Of a DNA stretch of 64,000 nucleotides, positions 40,301 to 52,300 are shown one piece after another. This stretch comes from Haplodiscus bocki (Eukaryota), in contig OZ296648.1 of the NCBI GenBank assembly GCA_965655095.1, forward strand, positions 118,730,001-118,794,000, in the 5' to 3' direction. Each line of letters begins with the position of its first letter. Positions within the stretch are counted from its first letter, which is position 1. The translations under genes were made by a program, and so were the position numbers. Below the pieces are notes generated by a model. It made no database searches and was not told where the DNA came from. It saw only the letters and a list, made by a program, of their open reading frames with translations.

Positions 40301-43300
40301 TTGCTATCCCAAAGATACAGATTTTTCTCAATATGTAGACACGATCTGCTTCAACCAGTCATTCCGAACAATACTCTGATCACTGCTCGACGAAAAAGGC
40401 TTGGTTTTCTTAGAATTGCTAAATCGACCAGATACAGCAAAATATCCAAGTCAAACGAAAATTCAAAATCTACAGCTACCTCTGTCAGGAAACATGTTTC
40501 TGCACCTATCCGCAAACACTTCCACCGTTGGCGACGGGACCGACCAATAACGCGCACACAAATATTTGCCTCGTTGAAGAGGAAGTGGTAGAATTTGCCA
40601 GTCATAATGTTTTCAACAAAGCCATCATCCAGTTGCGGCCCGAAGAATTCAGTTGCCTGAGAGAAAGTATCAACTCAGCCAACACTCTATTAAACTACAC
40701 TTCTAACTACATCAAAAATCATGTTCAATAACCGACTACAAGTTGTAATCCAGAAGCACAACATTCCGACAACAGGAATTTTGCTGATCAGACCCAACTC
40801 GATAGAATCGACGACTCGCGATTACCCAAACAGATTTCAAAAGATCTAGCAGGTCGACAAGTTGTTTTGAAAATAATCTATATCCCAGCCAGCCTCTTTG
40901 TTTAAAAGGAAAGAAGAATATTGCATTGAAATTAAATCTAGTAATGACTCTACTACCTATATTTTTTTACTTTATGCCAACAGTAAAGTTGAAAACCTTT
41001 TGTGAAATTACATTGTTGTTGTTGTCTGTGTTTGTTGTATAACTTTTCTGATATGAATTCTTGCTTTCCGAAATCGTTTTACCTTGAAATGGTGGAGCAT
41101 ACAGTTGACTCAGTAGACGGTTTACAAATTGAGGACATTGTTTTTCACAATAGTCAAAGTGAAAGAATGTCGTGGAAGTTGTGCATTTCCATCCCATCAC
41201 TAGCCTCAGAAGTTTTGTTCTTCATCCGAGCAATTCTTATTCTCAAGAAAGTATTTACGACTTTGCTAAAAAATGACACTAGATTCACCATCAATTGACG
41301 AAATAGCAGTTGGATTTTCTTTTTTATTCGGAGCAGTTGGCTATGTTTTGCCGAACCCCCAATTTGGAACAGAATAATTTTCACAAATGATCGTCTGTTC
41401 ATGTCCATGGTTGGCCCAAGTCGATCACGAAAAACCCGAATCATTTTTCTGATGCTTGCTTCACCGACAATATTTTATTCAGCCATTGAAAAAACGTATT
41501 ACTTTTAGAAGGATTATCAGCCTTTGTTCCAACAGCTGGCGGAAAAATTAAATACTGAATATTTGTCTTGTTTAGACTTTGAAATGATTGAAAACTGCTA
41601 GTTTGTCTGCTGGTATTCGACGACTTCTGCGAAGAAATTATCAGGGGGAAGAATTTGCTAACATTGCAACAGCGGGAAGGCATAAGAAAATTCATTGTAT
41701 CTTTGTCAAACATATTTTATTTCATCAAAGCAACTGGTGGCGCTCTTTCGACCTGAATACAACACACATTGTTTTGTTCAAGTCTGTTCGGTATATCCAA
41801 CAACTTGACGTGTTTGGAAGACAAATGAATCAAATAGAGCTTTTGCGAAATTGCTGCAAAAAGTCAACATCCGAACCTTACGGTTACCTTTTGATTGACT
41901 TTAATCCCCGAACTAGTGAATCTTTATGCTTATCTTCGAATACAGTTGGACCCTCACCCTCAATTTTCGATTTACCTTCGTCACTAGCCAAATAAACGCC
42001 CTTTACAATTGAACGCGAAAAAGTTGCATATGCTGAGGCGTTGGTAAGAAGGCATCAGGCGAAGGACTATCAAAAATTTTTGAATCAATGAGATGCTGGC
42101 ACAATTAATTTGCTTGGCGAATGTGCTCTAAATATATATAATGGTAGCATTCCCTTCGACGTGAATGAGTTATCAGCGTGCCTCGCGGTAATGAGTTATT
42201 CTGAATTTATTCGCATACGACCTTGATGAGATTTGGTCAATTGATTTAGCGTATGTTGACAAATTCGCTAATTTTAACAACCAAGTCAAGTATTTGTCAT
42301 TAGCGGTAGATGTTCTACCGCGTTACCTGAGAGTTTTCCCAATGCGTACAAAATCATCTCAAGAGAATGCAAAGACTTGCAAAAAATTGTTGGAAAAAAA
42401 ATACCCCAAAAAGTTTGGTCGGAAGAAGGTACAGATTTCAAAGTGGCTTTCCAGCAACTCTGAGAAAAAAGAAATACATACATAGACAACCGAGAGTGAA
42501 ACCAAGTCAGCATTTGCAGAGAGAAACATTCTGTCGCTCCAAAATATTTTCCAAGTTACGAGTACCTGGAGCATAAGTGGACTTACCACTGCATCAACAA
42601 GTTGCAGTCATTTGTTGGTACGGTCAATTCCCGCACCAATCGAGTAACACAATTGGATCCGAACAAAGTGACAAGGAAACACGTGCCGCATTTACGAGCA
42701 TTGGCAGTGGAAAATTCCAAAAATTGTCAAACAACCACTTTTTTAAGTCAGCGATGAAGTACGCATCGCAAAAGAAGATTCACTATTCGAGAAAGGTTAC
42801 AAGCAAAACTTTACAACTGAATTTTTTCAATCAAAGCGGTTCCAACTTCGAACCCGCCAGCATATAATTTGCAAGACAATACTGGAGGAAAAATCCAAGG
42901 AAATTTTTGTGAACTTGAGCTGGTTAATACAAATGGACGAGTTTGACATTTATCTGGAATCAACAGGTTTTTTGAATCTTTATCCCAACAACACACATGG
43001 CGATTTTTCACAATCTGCTAGCACACCCAATTCAACTCGAAGGTGATTGAGGTGTGGCTTTGATTGAAGTCCTTTCCCCAACCAGCAATAAAAACAATAT
43101 ATCAACCGTTGATTACACTGCAAACGTCCCTCAGAAAAAGGTTTCTGAAGCAAATTCCGGTGGATTTCAAGTATCTCGCGAAATTGGGAAAATATTGCAA
43201 CTTTGCCTTCTGGTGTCTACTGAAACGTGAACGCTTTGTTGATTTGTTGAAAATATTGCAAGAGGAAACCCGTTTCTCTAAACTTTTCGACTCGTTCACT

Positions 43301-46300
43301 CAGTAACAAAGAGTATGTAGCTCTGGTGTTAAATGATGACTTTGGAGTCAGCTTCAATGACTGCAGTTTTTTTGATGTCTTATAATTTAATGGTGTACCC
43401 GACAAGCATCGAAAAGGAGCCTATTTTTTGGAGTAATCATAGCGAATACGGTAAACAGACTCAACCAATCACAAATGATTAACCTCCAGATCTGACAGCG
43501 GGGACAGCATGTTTGTTGCAAACACCAACCTCATTGAACAAGAACATGTTGCGGGTGTGAACTCGCCATCACTGAGAATCATTGATACCCACAGAATACT
43601 GTCGAATGGTAAACTAGAAGTGACCTCTTCGGTTTCCATGTTCTTCATTCAGACACTGATTCGCTGCCATATGAAATGAGAGTTGCTGCCACTACATTGA
43701 TTCTTCGCCTATATTTTGACATTTCAAACTACCCAGAAAACCTTTATCTATACAATAGTGACAATAAAATGGTGACGCTGAATTTGGACTCGTCCCGATA
43801 GAATTTATTGGACTGCAGGCTAAACTCTTTTCGATACTGACCCATGAAAAGCAAATGATTTCCATTAAAAAAATTAGTTTGCGCAAAAAAATTTATTACA
43901 TGAAAAATACAAGGAAGTAACATTAACTGGTCAATCGTTCCGTACTATAAACACCAAAATCAGATCAAAGAAACACCAGTCGCACACAATACGTTACAAC
44001 AAGCTGTCACTCCCTACTTTGATGATGACGTTTTATTTTGATTGATGGTATTACTTGTCTTCCCTTCGGACATCATGGATATCGAGATGCTAACATCCAC
44101 CGTGAAATACTTGCTGATAGTGACTGCGGAGGAGATGGTTTACCATACAGCCCCACTTGGATTGAAATGAGGCAACCTTCCACCTGATCAATTAACAACT
44201 CCGAACTCTAATGCTGAAGAAGCAACCAGATTTTCGGACGAGAATTTGGATGAAATTATAGGTTAGACTTCACCGGACCCCTGATTTACTCAAAAAAGTT
44301 ACTGAGACTCAGTTGAATGATGAATTTTCACACTTTCATGCGGAAAGTGAAATAGAATCACCCCACTCGAGGAACACTTTAATCGATGATGAAGTTCAAG
44401 ATACTGATTGGGAAGCAGCAAGTGTCGTTCATCTTGGTTCGAGTGAGAGCGAAGACATACCCATCTACAGTGAAGATGATAAAAACTGGAGGACTTGGAA
44501 CGATATTTAGACTATGGCCATTCGAATGCCGATAAAGAAAGTTCAAACGAGAGATCGAGAATTGATTCGTCGACTACTGACAGCGAACTCAACAAGATTG
44601 TCCATGCTTGTGAGCTGTTATAATACTCTTAAGTTCATTTTTATTGTTCTTGAGCTGGTTCAAGTGGTTTAGTTGTTTTGTGAAAATATAACATTGGATG
44701 GAACTTCATTACCTGCTCCTCAGCCGATGAAAAGATTTTCAGATTTCGTCGTTTCTAGAGAAAGTTTGATCCTTTTACCAAGTTATGTTTGCCAACGGCG
44801 TGACTAAACAATCGAAGACTCCAAAGATGTAGGCATATACTAGTTACATTCGATCAATCTTTCCATACATAGATGCCTACAGTAAGCCAAAACAAGCTAA
44901 AACTAAAAATATCTTCTTATACTAGGTCTGATGATCACTCGTTATCAATATTGATGCCTCGAGTAAGCCAAAACAACCTAAGAGCCCAGATATGCCTGCC
45001 TATACTATGTACATTGCATAAATAGTTCAATATTTTGATGCCCATCATGAGCCAAAACAACCTAAATTTCCAAGTATGTATGCCTATGTTTGGTATATTG
45101 CCTCAATCTTTCACTATTTAGATGCCTATAGTGAGCCAAAACAATCTCACAGTGCAAAAGTATATGACTGTTCTAGGTATAATCCATCAATCGCTTACAA
45201 TATAGATGCCTATTGTAAGCCAAAACAACCTAAGAGCCCAAATATGTTTGCCTATCCTAGGTATATTGCGTCAATGTTTCAAAACATAGATGCCTATAAA
45301 AAGCCGAAACAACCTAAGAGTTCAAATCTGTTCGCCTATACTGTGTATTATCCGTGAATCTTTCAATATATAGGCACCTATAGTAGTCCAAATCAACCTA
45401 AGTGTCCAAATATGTATGCCTATATTAGGTATATTCCATCAATGTTTCACTATATGAATGCCTACAGTGGACTAAAACTATCCAAAAGTCCAAATAATCC
45501 TTGCTTTATAAAAATTTTTGTGCCAATCTTTCATTACATGAATGTCTACTTCTGAAAAATATTACAAGAGTTCAAATATTTCACCCCTGAAAAAGTAACT
45601 CCCTTGAATCTTTACAAATCACTGAACAAAATTCCACTGTACCGCGTTTTCTTTTAATAAGTTCATTGCTAGCTGGATGAAGGAGCGCGAGATCGGCGCG
45701 AGAAGCATGCCAGTTTTTTGCAACAGCTTTTGTTTTTTTTTCTCGGTGGCTCTTGTTTTGTACTGATGCCGTTGTTTTCGTGAGAAAAGCATCATTCGGG
45801 AACCTACTAAGACACTTGTCAGAGAAATATTTTGAGCAACTAGGAATACAATTGAACCTGTCAGGGGACTAAGAACACCAAAACCGCGACGACACCGCAA
45901 AGACGATCAAACAAACACACATTCTAATGTAAAGTTCCAGTTGCAAAGGCAATTTTGCAAGAGTTTCAGTTGCAAACTATTGATAAATACGAATTAGCTG
46001 AAACATACCAAAAGTCTCTCAACGCCTTTGATGGCAGCAAAGAGTGGAAAAGCTAAACTGAATGAATAGTCACTCATTGTTGATGGTGTTAGCGAGACAC
46101 AATCTTGAACTCCTGCTGATTTCAACACAACTTTGGTCAAGCACGAAGTTTGAAGACCTGTACGTCGCGCGGCGGGACATAGCTTGATTGTGAGGTCATC
46201 GTGACAACCATGCATTTCCTGTTCTAAAGTTTTGTTGGACCCTGGTATTACATCAAAACAGGCCACGTTAATTTCGATAATGTTCGTTTCTGCACTTGCG

Positions 46301-49300
46301 GTAGCCTTTGCAATGCCATTTGTTCCGTTTTATCAGTTGTGGAACCGAGACCAATTTTTCCTCTGCAGTTGCCCACAGAAGCAACAGCTCTATAGCGGCG
46401 CCGTTTACCTGACTTTTTTTTCTGTTTCCAGACAGATCATTTTAACTATCTCAGTATTCAAAATGTCCTCAGATTTTGGGGATTTTCGACGCTGGAGTTG
46501 GGGTCATAAGAGATTCATATTTCAGAAAGCCAACTCTACTTTGATCTCTCCTGCATTGACTTTTCAAAGAATCCATCGACATACACATTTTTTGTTCTTC
46601 TTAAAACGTTTTCAGTCCTTCGTTGAAGCAAACCGGGAAAAGGGCAATTCAGCGCCACGCGTAAGGCCTGAGACCTCAATGGGCGTATCATCAAGGTTTG
46701 AGAGTCAGCTATCTCATCGGTAATTGGTTTGCCCATAAAAGTATTTGCAAGCGCCATGAAAGTTTTCAGGAGTGTTGAAGGAATTCAACATTGACCATTT
46801 AAATTTGCAGTTGGTGGCCTATATATACGATATCGAATACAAATTTTGATTTTGAAATGCTTAACAGACATTTTTCAAGATTTCAATGATGAAAGAATCA
46901 GCGTTCGACGATAGTTTTTAGTTTGAACTTCAAAACTGAAAATTCGGCGGGGGAGAATTTGCTCAATCATGGATGTGTTCGCTAACCTCGGAAGTTGCTT
47001 TGGATTTTGAAGATCTACTTTGCTGTAGCAGAAAGATTAGGCATTAGATGGAGTTATTTGAATTCATGTCAAATAGATCATTCAGATCCGACTGAATTGG
47101 CACCAAGATACTCTATTATTGATTGATGGATGTCAAACCGCCTATCGTTTGAATAACGTATCTATTCGACTTATAGCCGCGACCGAATTGTTGGAGAAGC
47201 ATACTTCATTTGAAAAAGATCAAAGCAGCTTACAAAATGAAGTAGTAACGGAGAAAAATTAGTTCACTCGAAAAGGTTTTTTTGCCGATTCTTCGTGAAT
47301 TCCGACAGAATCATTACATCGCTTTTGAAGCAACTATTAATTATCCAAACCTGGTAAAGGGGTAATTCAACTCTTACTTTATTTTCCGTGAAGGGAAAAG
47401 TTGGATGTTGTTTTCCCGCAAATAAAAGGAAAACCCCTTCGAACTGAGGACGCAAAAATAACCCGAAAAATATTACGAGCTGCGGCTATAAAACAAATAA
47501 AGACGTTAATACTAAAAACAATTGTAATCATATGATAAAATGCATGCGTTCTGTTACGAAAATGGATAATATCTATCCGAAATTCTCATGGTTAACTGTT
47601 AAACTTTTTTCGATCGTTCTTCACTAGACGATTTGCAGGATGGAGAGAATTTTTAAAAATGATTGAAAAGTAACTTTTTAGAACAATTGTTCAATTTCTT
47701 GCTTTCAGAAAAGAAACTTAAAAGGCAGATGGCGCGTTTGTCAATTAATTTTTCTCTAACAAATTGAGGGAAGATTCTTGAATAGATATTTTTATCGTTT
47801 AGTTCTACGCCGAATATGCTGCGAAGATGACTGAAGATAGCGCCAAAATCTGTATTTTAAGCATGGTTTTTTCTTCACCCACTACTCATATCTTGATGTA
47901 TGAGATAAAAGCTTATTGTTTTGCTTTTTCATTAAGTCAGACTGTAGAAAAGCTCTGGCACCTTTTCAGTACACCTCTTCTTTTTTCTTTTGAGTGAAGG
48001 AATTGTAGCAAGAGGCAAAAGATTTCAAGCGAGAGAGCCTGACTAAAATTCGGTAGTTCTTGATTGAGTTCGATTTTAAAAAATGAAATAGTTTAAAAAA
48101 TAGTTCTTGGAAAGAAACGGATACCGGTAGATAGTTTAATTGAAATGGAATTAAGTGATCGCTAGTTTCGAAGCCAATGGCATGACAATTGATCGACTTC
48201 TTGCTTCCCTAAAAGTCAATCCGCTACGTTTCAAGAAACAGAAAAGTAATCATTTCCAAAATATTTTATACTTGAATGTACCTCGTAGTCGGAGTAGCTC
48301 GGTAGTCGAATGGTTGAATACTCCGACTTAGCCGAAAGCGTACGTACGCACTGGATCAAATCCAGGGAAAACGAAAAATTTCATCAAAATTTGAATCGGG
48401 GATTTGGGCGTAGGTAGACCACGTTAATAGCGCCACTCCTAATATTCTTCAACCAAAAATTGAAAGTTTTTATCAATAACAGGGTGTCTTCTGATAGCGT
48501 TATAATGTTAAGCGATCTCAAGTTGAGTATCAAAAATTGGTTTTCGTTCGTTTTGGTATAATCAGTACTTTGTAGTTGTTTTGATAGCTGTCACAGGTAG
48601 TGCAATGTGTGTCGCGAGTGTCTGTGAAGCACAGATTCGCTTCTGTGTCATACTTGTCATGAGCATATGTCTTGGAATCCGGATAATACGTCTTTTTTAT
48701 ACCTTATGACTGCAAATTTCTGCTATTCCGGCAGTTTTGCTACAGAACAAAGTTTTTTCATGCCGTGCTCTCAATTGACGTCGTTGGTACAATTGAGAAA
48801 TGAAATCAATTTGTTTTACTTCGACTAGTACATCTATGATTATACTTGCGCAATCAAGTAATAAATCACAGGCTTCTAATCTTTTTTCTCCCGATCATTC
48901 ACCACTTGCACAATTTACTAGATTTCGACCAAAGAGAGGGGGAGTGTCATGCGCTCGAAATTGCGTCCTTCCGTGTCGCACTCGCATACTCTACTGACTG
49001 CCGTTGCCTCTTGGGAATCAGTATTATCACTTGAAATACCAGGGAATGAATTTTTGTGGCGTTTCTTACTTGTATGTAAATGTAGATTATTTAACCGAGT
49101 GCCTTTGGACTTGTTGTCTTTGTTATCTTGGCCGCTTCAAAACTCTTTATTTTGAATGGACTTATTCACTAGTATTCCGTTGGACGAAGTGTTGCGAAGC
49201 GCAGCTTCGCCTCTATGTAAATTTTTTCCTTTCTTCGTTGAAACTCTTCTTGCGCACTAAGTAATGGGAGAATTCAGTCCATCTACAACTCTTTGAACAC

Positions 49301-52300
49301 TTCTAGCCTGATGTTTTTTGCTGGGCAACGGGGATGGCCTGTTTTTCATTTTCTTCTCTAAGTGTTTCAACTTTTAATTGGAAACTGATGTCTTTGTTTC
49401 TGTTGGTCAAGTTTTTTTCCAGGTGACTTTTGATTAGAGTGGGTCAAATCAGCTCAAATACAACTCCTTTCGTCGTAGATTTTCTGTCGAGTATCAGAGC
49501 TCCCCTTCGAGTTTTGTTTCTGAAAAATCTCAACCTTGAAGTGAAAATCGACGATGATTTCATTTTCGTTGTCCACATAAAATTGATTTTCTTAATCAAT
49601 GTTGATCGGACTGGGCATATCAATCTGTGTTTCAACGGGGTGAAGCTTAGAGTTTTTGGCGATTGTTTTTGAGAGGCTGTTTTTGAATATGTGGAAATTA
49701 CTTCCAATTCATCAAATTGAAACTCTTTTCGCGTTCGTTGCTCGGCAAATGTCAATGAGTAGAGGTCTGTATGGCTCCATCCGGAGCTGATTGAACTAGC
49801 TGGGGCCTAAATTTCCTGCAGAGTGACTTGGATGGCGTTTTTCACTTCCATCCAAATAATTGAACATATTTTGCTTGCGTTCTTCGGTCTTTTTTGTTTT
49901 GTCGGTGAATAGTGGTCAGATTGGCTCCACCCAATGTTGATTCGACCAACTGAATGGTAGTGTCTCTGGAGTGGCTTCGAGGTGCTTTTTTTGATTTTGT
50001 TTGCGACGAATATCAACCTGTAATATAAATAATTGAGCTTTTTTTCGCTTCAGTTGTTCGATTGAATGTTTTTGTCAACGACTGGTGGTGAGATTTGCTC
50101 CATGCAGCGCTGATTTAGGAACTTGCTATCTAGAATATCTGTGAAGTAGCTTGAAGGGCATTTCTCAATCTTTATTTGCGAGAAGTTGAGACCTCTGATA
50201 TGAAAAAAAATAAAACCCTTTTTTTAGTTATTGGATATTTTTCTTGTCAATGTCTGGTGGTCAAATCTGGTCCATCCGGCGCTGACCCAAACACTTCGAA
50301 GTTTTTTCGTGTAGAGTAAGTTCGAAGGCTTTTTTTACTTTGTTGGAGAAAAGTTTTTACCTGTAATTTTAAAAATCGAACCTATCTTCGCTATCGTTCG
50401 CTAAAATAGTTTTTGTCATTGATTAGTGGTCCGATTGCATCCACTCAGCTTTGTTTCAAATAACTCACGCCTGGAGTACCTAGGGCTTTATTTCAAATCT
50501 TGCTTGCGCAATATCTTGAATTGTTGTGGAAAAATGGAAGATATTTTTACTTTCCTTGTTTTGTTATACGTTTTTCTCACTGTGTGATAACTGTTTCAGA
50601 GACTGAATTGGAATCCGAGTTCGATTTTCTGATATTTTTAAATACATTTTAAGTGGAATTTTTATTTTTTCAAGTGTTTTCGAAGCCCAGCTTTGCTTCT
50701 GTGGTTAAGTGGCATCTTTTTGTCCGCTTTCTTCAGAATTATCAATCATAATGTTACTAATTTGACTCGATTCCAATTTCCTACTGTGCTGAATTTTTGC
50801 GTTCGAAGTGCTATTTTTGTAAAATTGGTCTGAAAACTTGAACAACAGCGTCCTGAAAGGTCATGTGACATATCAATGTTTAGACTTTGGTGAATTTGGG
50901 ACAGTTGAGGCGTGGTATTCTTTGTTTTTGCGTTGTTTACTTTGCGAATCGAGTAAACATTGGGCTCTAAAATGTCATGAGATAAAAAGACATGACTGAC
51001 AGATTAAATCTTTGAGTACGAAACGCATAGACAAGTAGTTGCCCTATTTCGACCTTTGTGGACTGAAGTTTGATTTACAGGTGTAGCAATCACTTTTCCG
51101 ATCATGGTTTCGATTGTCTTTGAGGATCTTTGATCTGAATTGACAAATCAGAATGTGTTGCGAAGTTCCACTTAACCTCTTTGTTAATTTTGTATACTGC
51201 AAAACATCGAAAACGCAACATGGCGAACTTTTCGTTTTTGGAAAAACAGTGTGCGTCTTCTTTGTAATGCAAAATCTTTGGTGCTGAGTTGTTCGAATCG
51301 TTTGCAGCTGATTTGCTTAAACATTATGCGAAGTTTTCTTTTCTATCTTCACATGCGAACGCCTCCGAGACTGAGAAAACACGGATTTATTTTTGTGGGT
51401 CTTTGTATTATTTATATCTCTCAAAACCTTTACTACTGGTGCTTCACTTTTTTACTAAATATTTTGGTGCTTTCACTATTGCATTATATATAATTGAATG
51501 CAAACTACATTCAAAATAAATTTTCGAGATTCCTTGGTACAAATTTCTCTGACAGCTGTCTTTATTTTGTAGAAGATAATCAGTTGTTACTGGATTCGAA
51601 AGGCAAAGTGCCTCGATCGGAAGCGAACGTAGCGGCCATTAATTTTGGAATGATGATAGCTCAGAACATGGTTGACAAAGTTATGCAAATCTTGCATACA
51701 AAGAGAATTTCACTGCAAGACATCCGTGGGGACTCCGGACACAGCGCAGATCAAGAAGTGGAGGGATTCCTCGATTTCAGGACTCTCATCCCGGCAGTTA
51801 AAGTGATTATTAATTTCTGCCTATATTTATAACGTAGAAAGAGAACGTCCATCCACTCAAAACGCCTAAATCCGATGTTTGATAATGTCATTTGAATGTC
51901 AGTGTCCAAAAATTACGGTTCTGACCGTGAAAATTCTAGCAAATTAGCCGTAAAATGCGACTAGAATAATAAGATTTCTCAAAACGTACGAAATTTGGTT
52001 TTTTTTTGAAAAAAAGATGAATTTTTTTCAAAATCGGTGAAGATGGCAAATTTGCTGTAGAGTGGGTATCAAATGATTTCATTTCTTCTTTATGTCCTAT
52101 GCGCAACATATTCTTCATTCACTTAAACCATTGTCATGTTTCAGCTTTGGGCAAGTTGGATGATGAACAATAAAGACTACTGGAACCCTCTTCCAGACTG
52201 TAATGGTCTTCTGAACGCACACAATGTCTGGACCTCATGGTGTAACTTATTCAACCAAGTCCAGAAAATGAACGCATCCCAAATTCCTCTGAGCTGGGAA

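Larger units (their letters stand above)
38569..48440 (+). mobile_element. Maverick/Polinton element 2 (internally deleted, decayed) inside SMG6 intron 37201-51572
   Basis: Inverted repeats beginning AGTAGT/ending ACTCCT enclose ATPase, integrase, penton and PolB relics. Confidence 0.85.

Noticed and set aside
44790-45555. 84-bp (28-aa) period suggesting a C2H2 zinc-finger array or a CRISPR array
   Set aside because: No Cys/His pattern in the frames examined; whole units are homologous with no unique spacers, and the DNA is eukaryotic.
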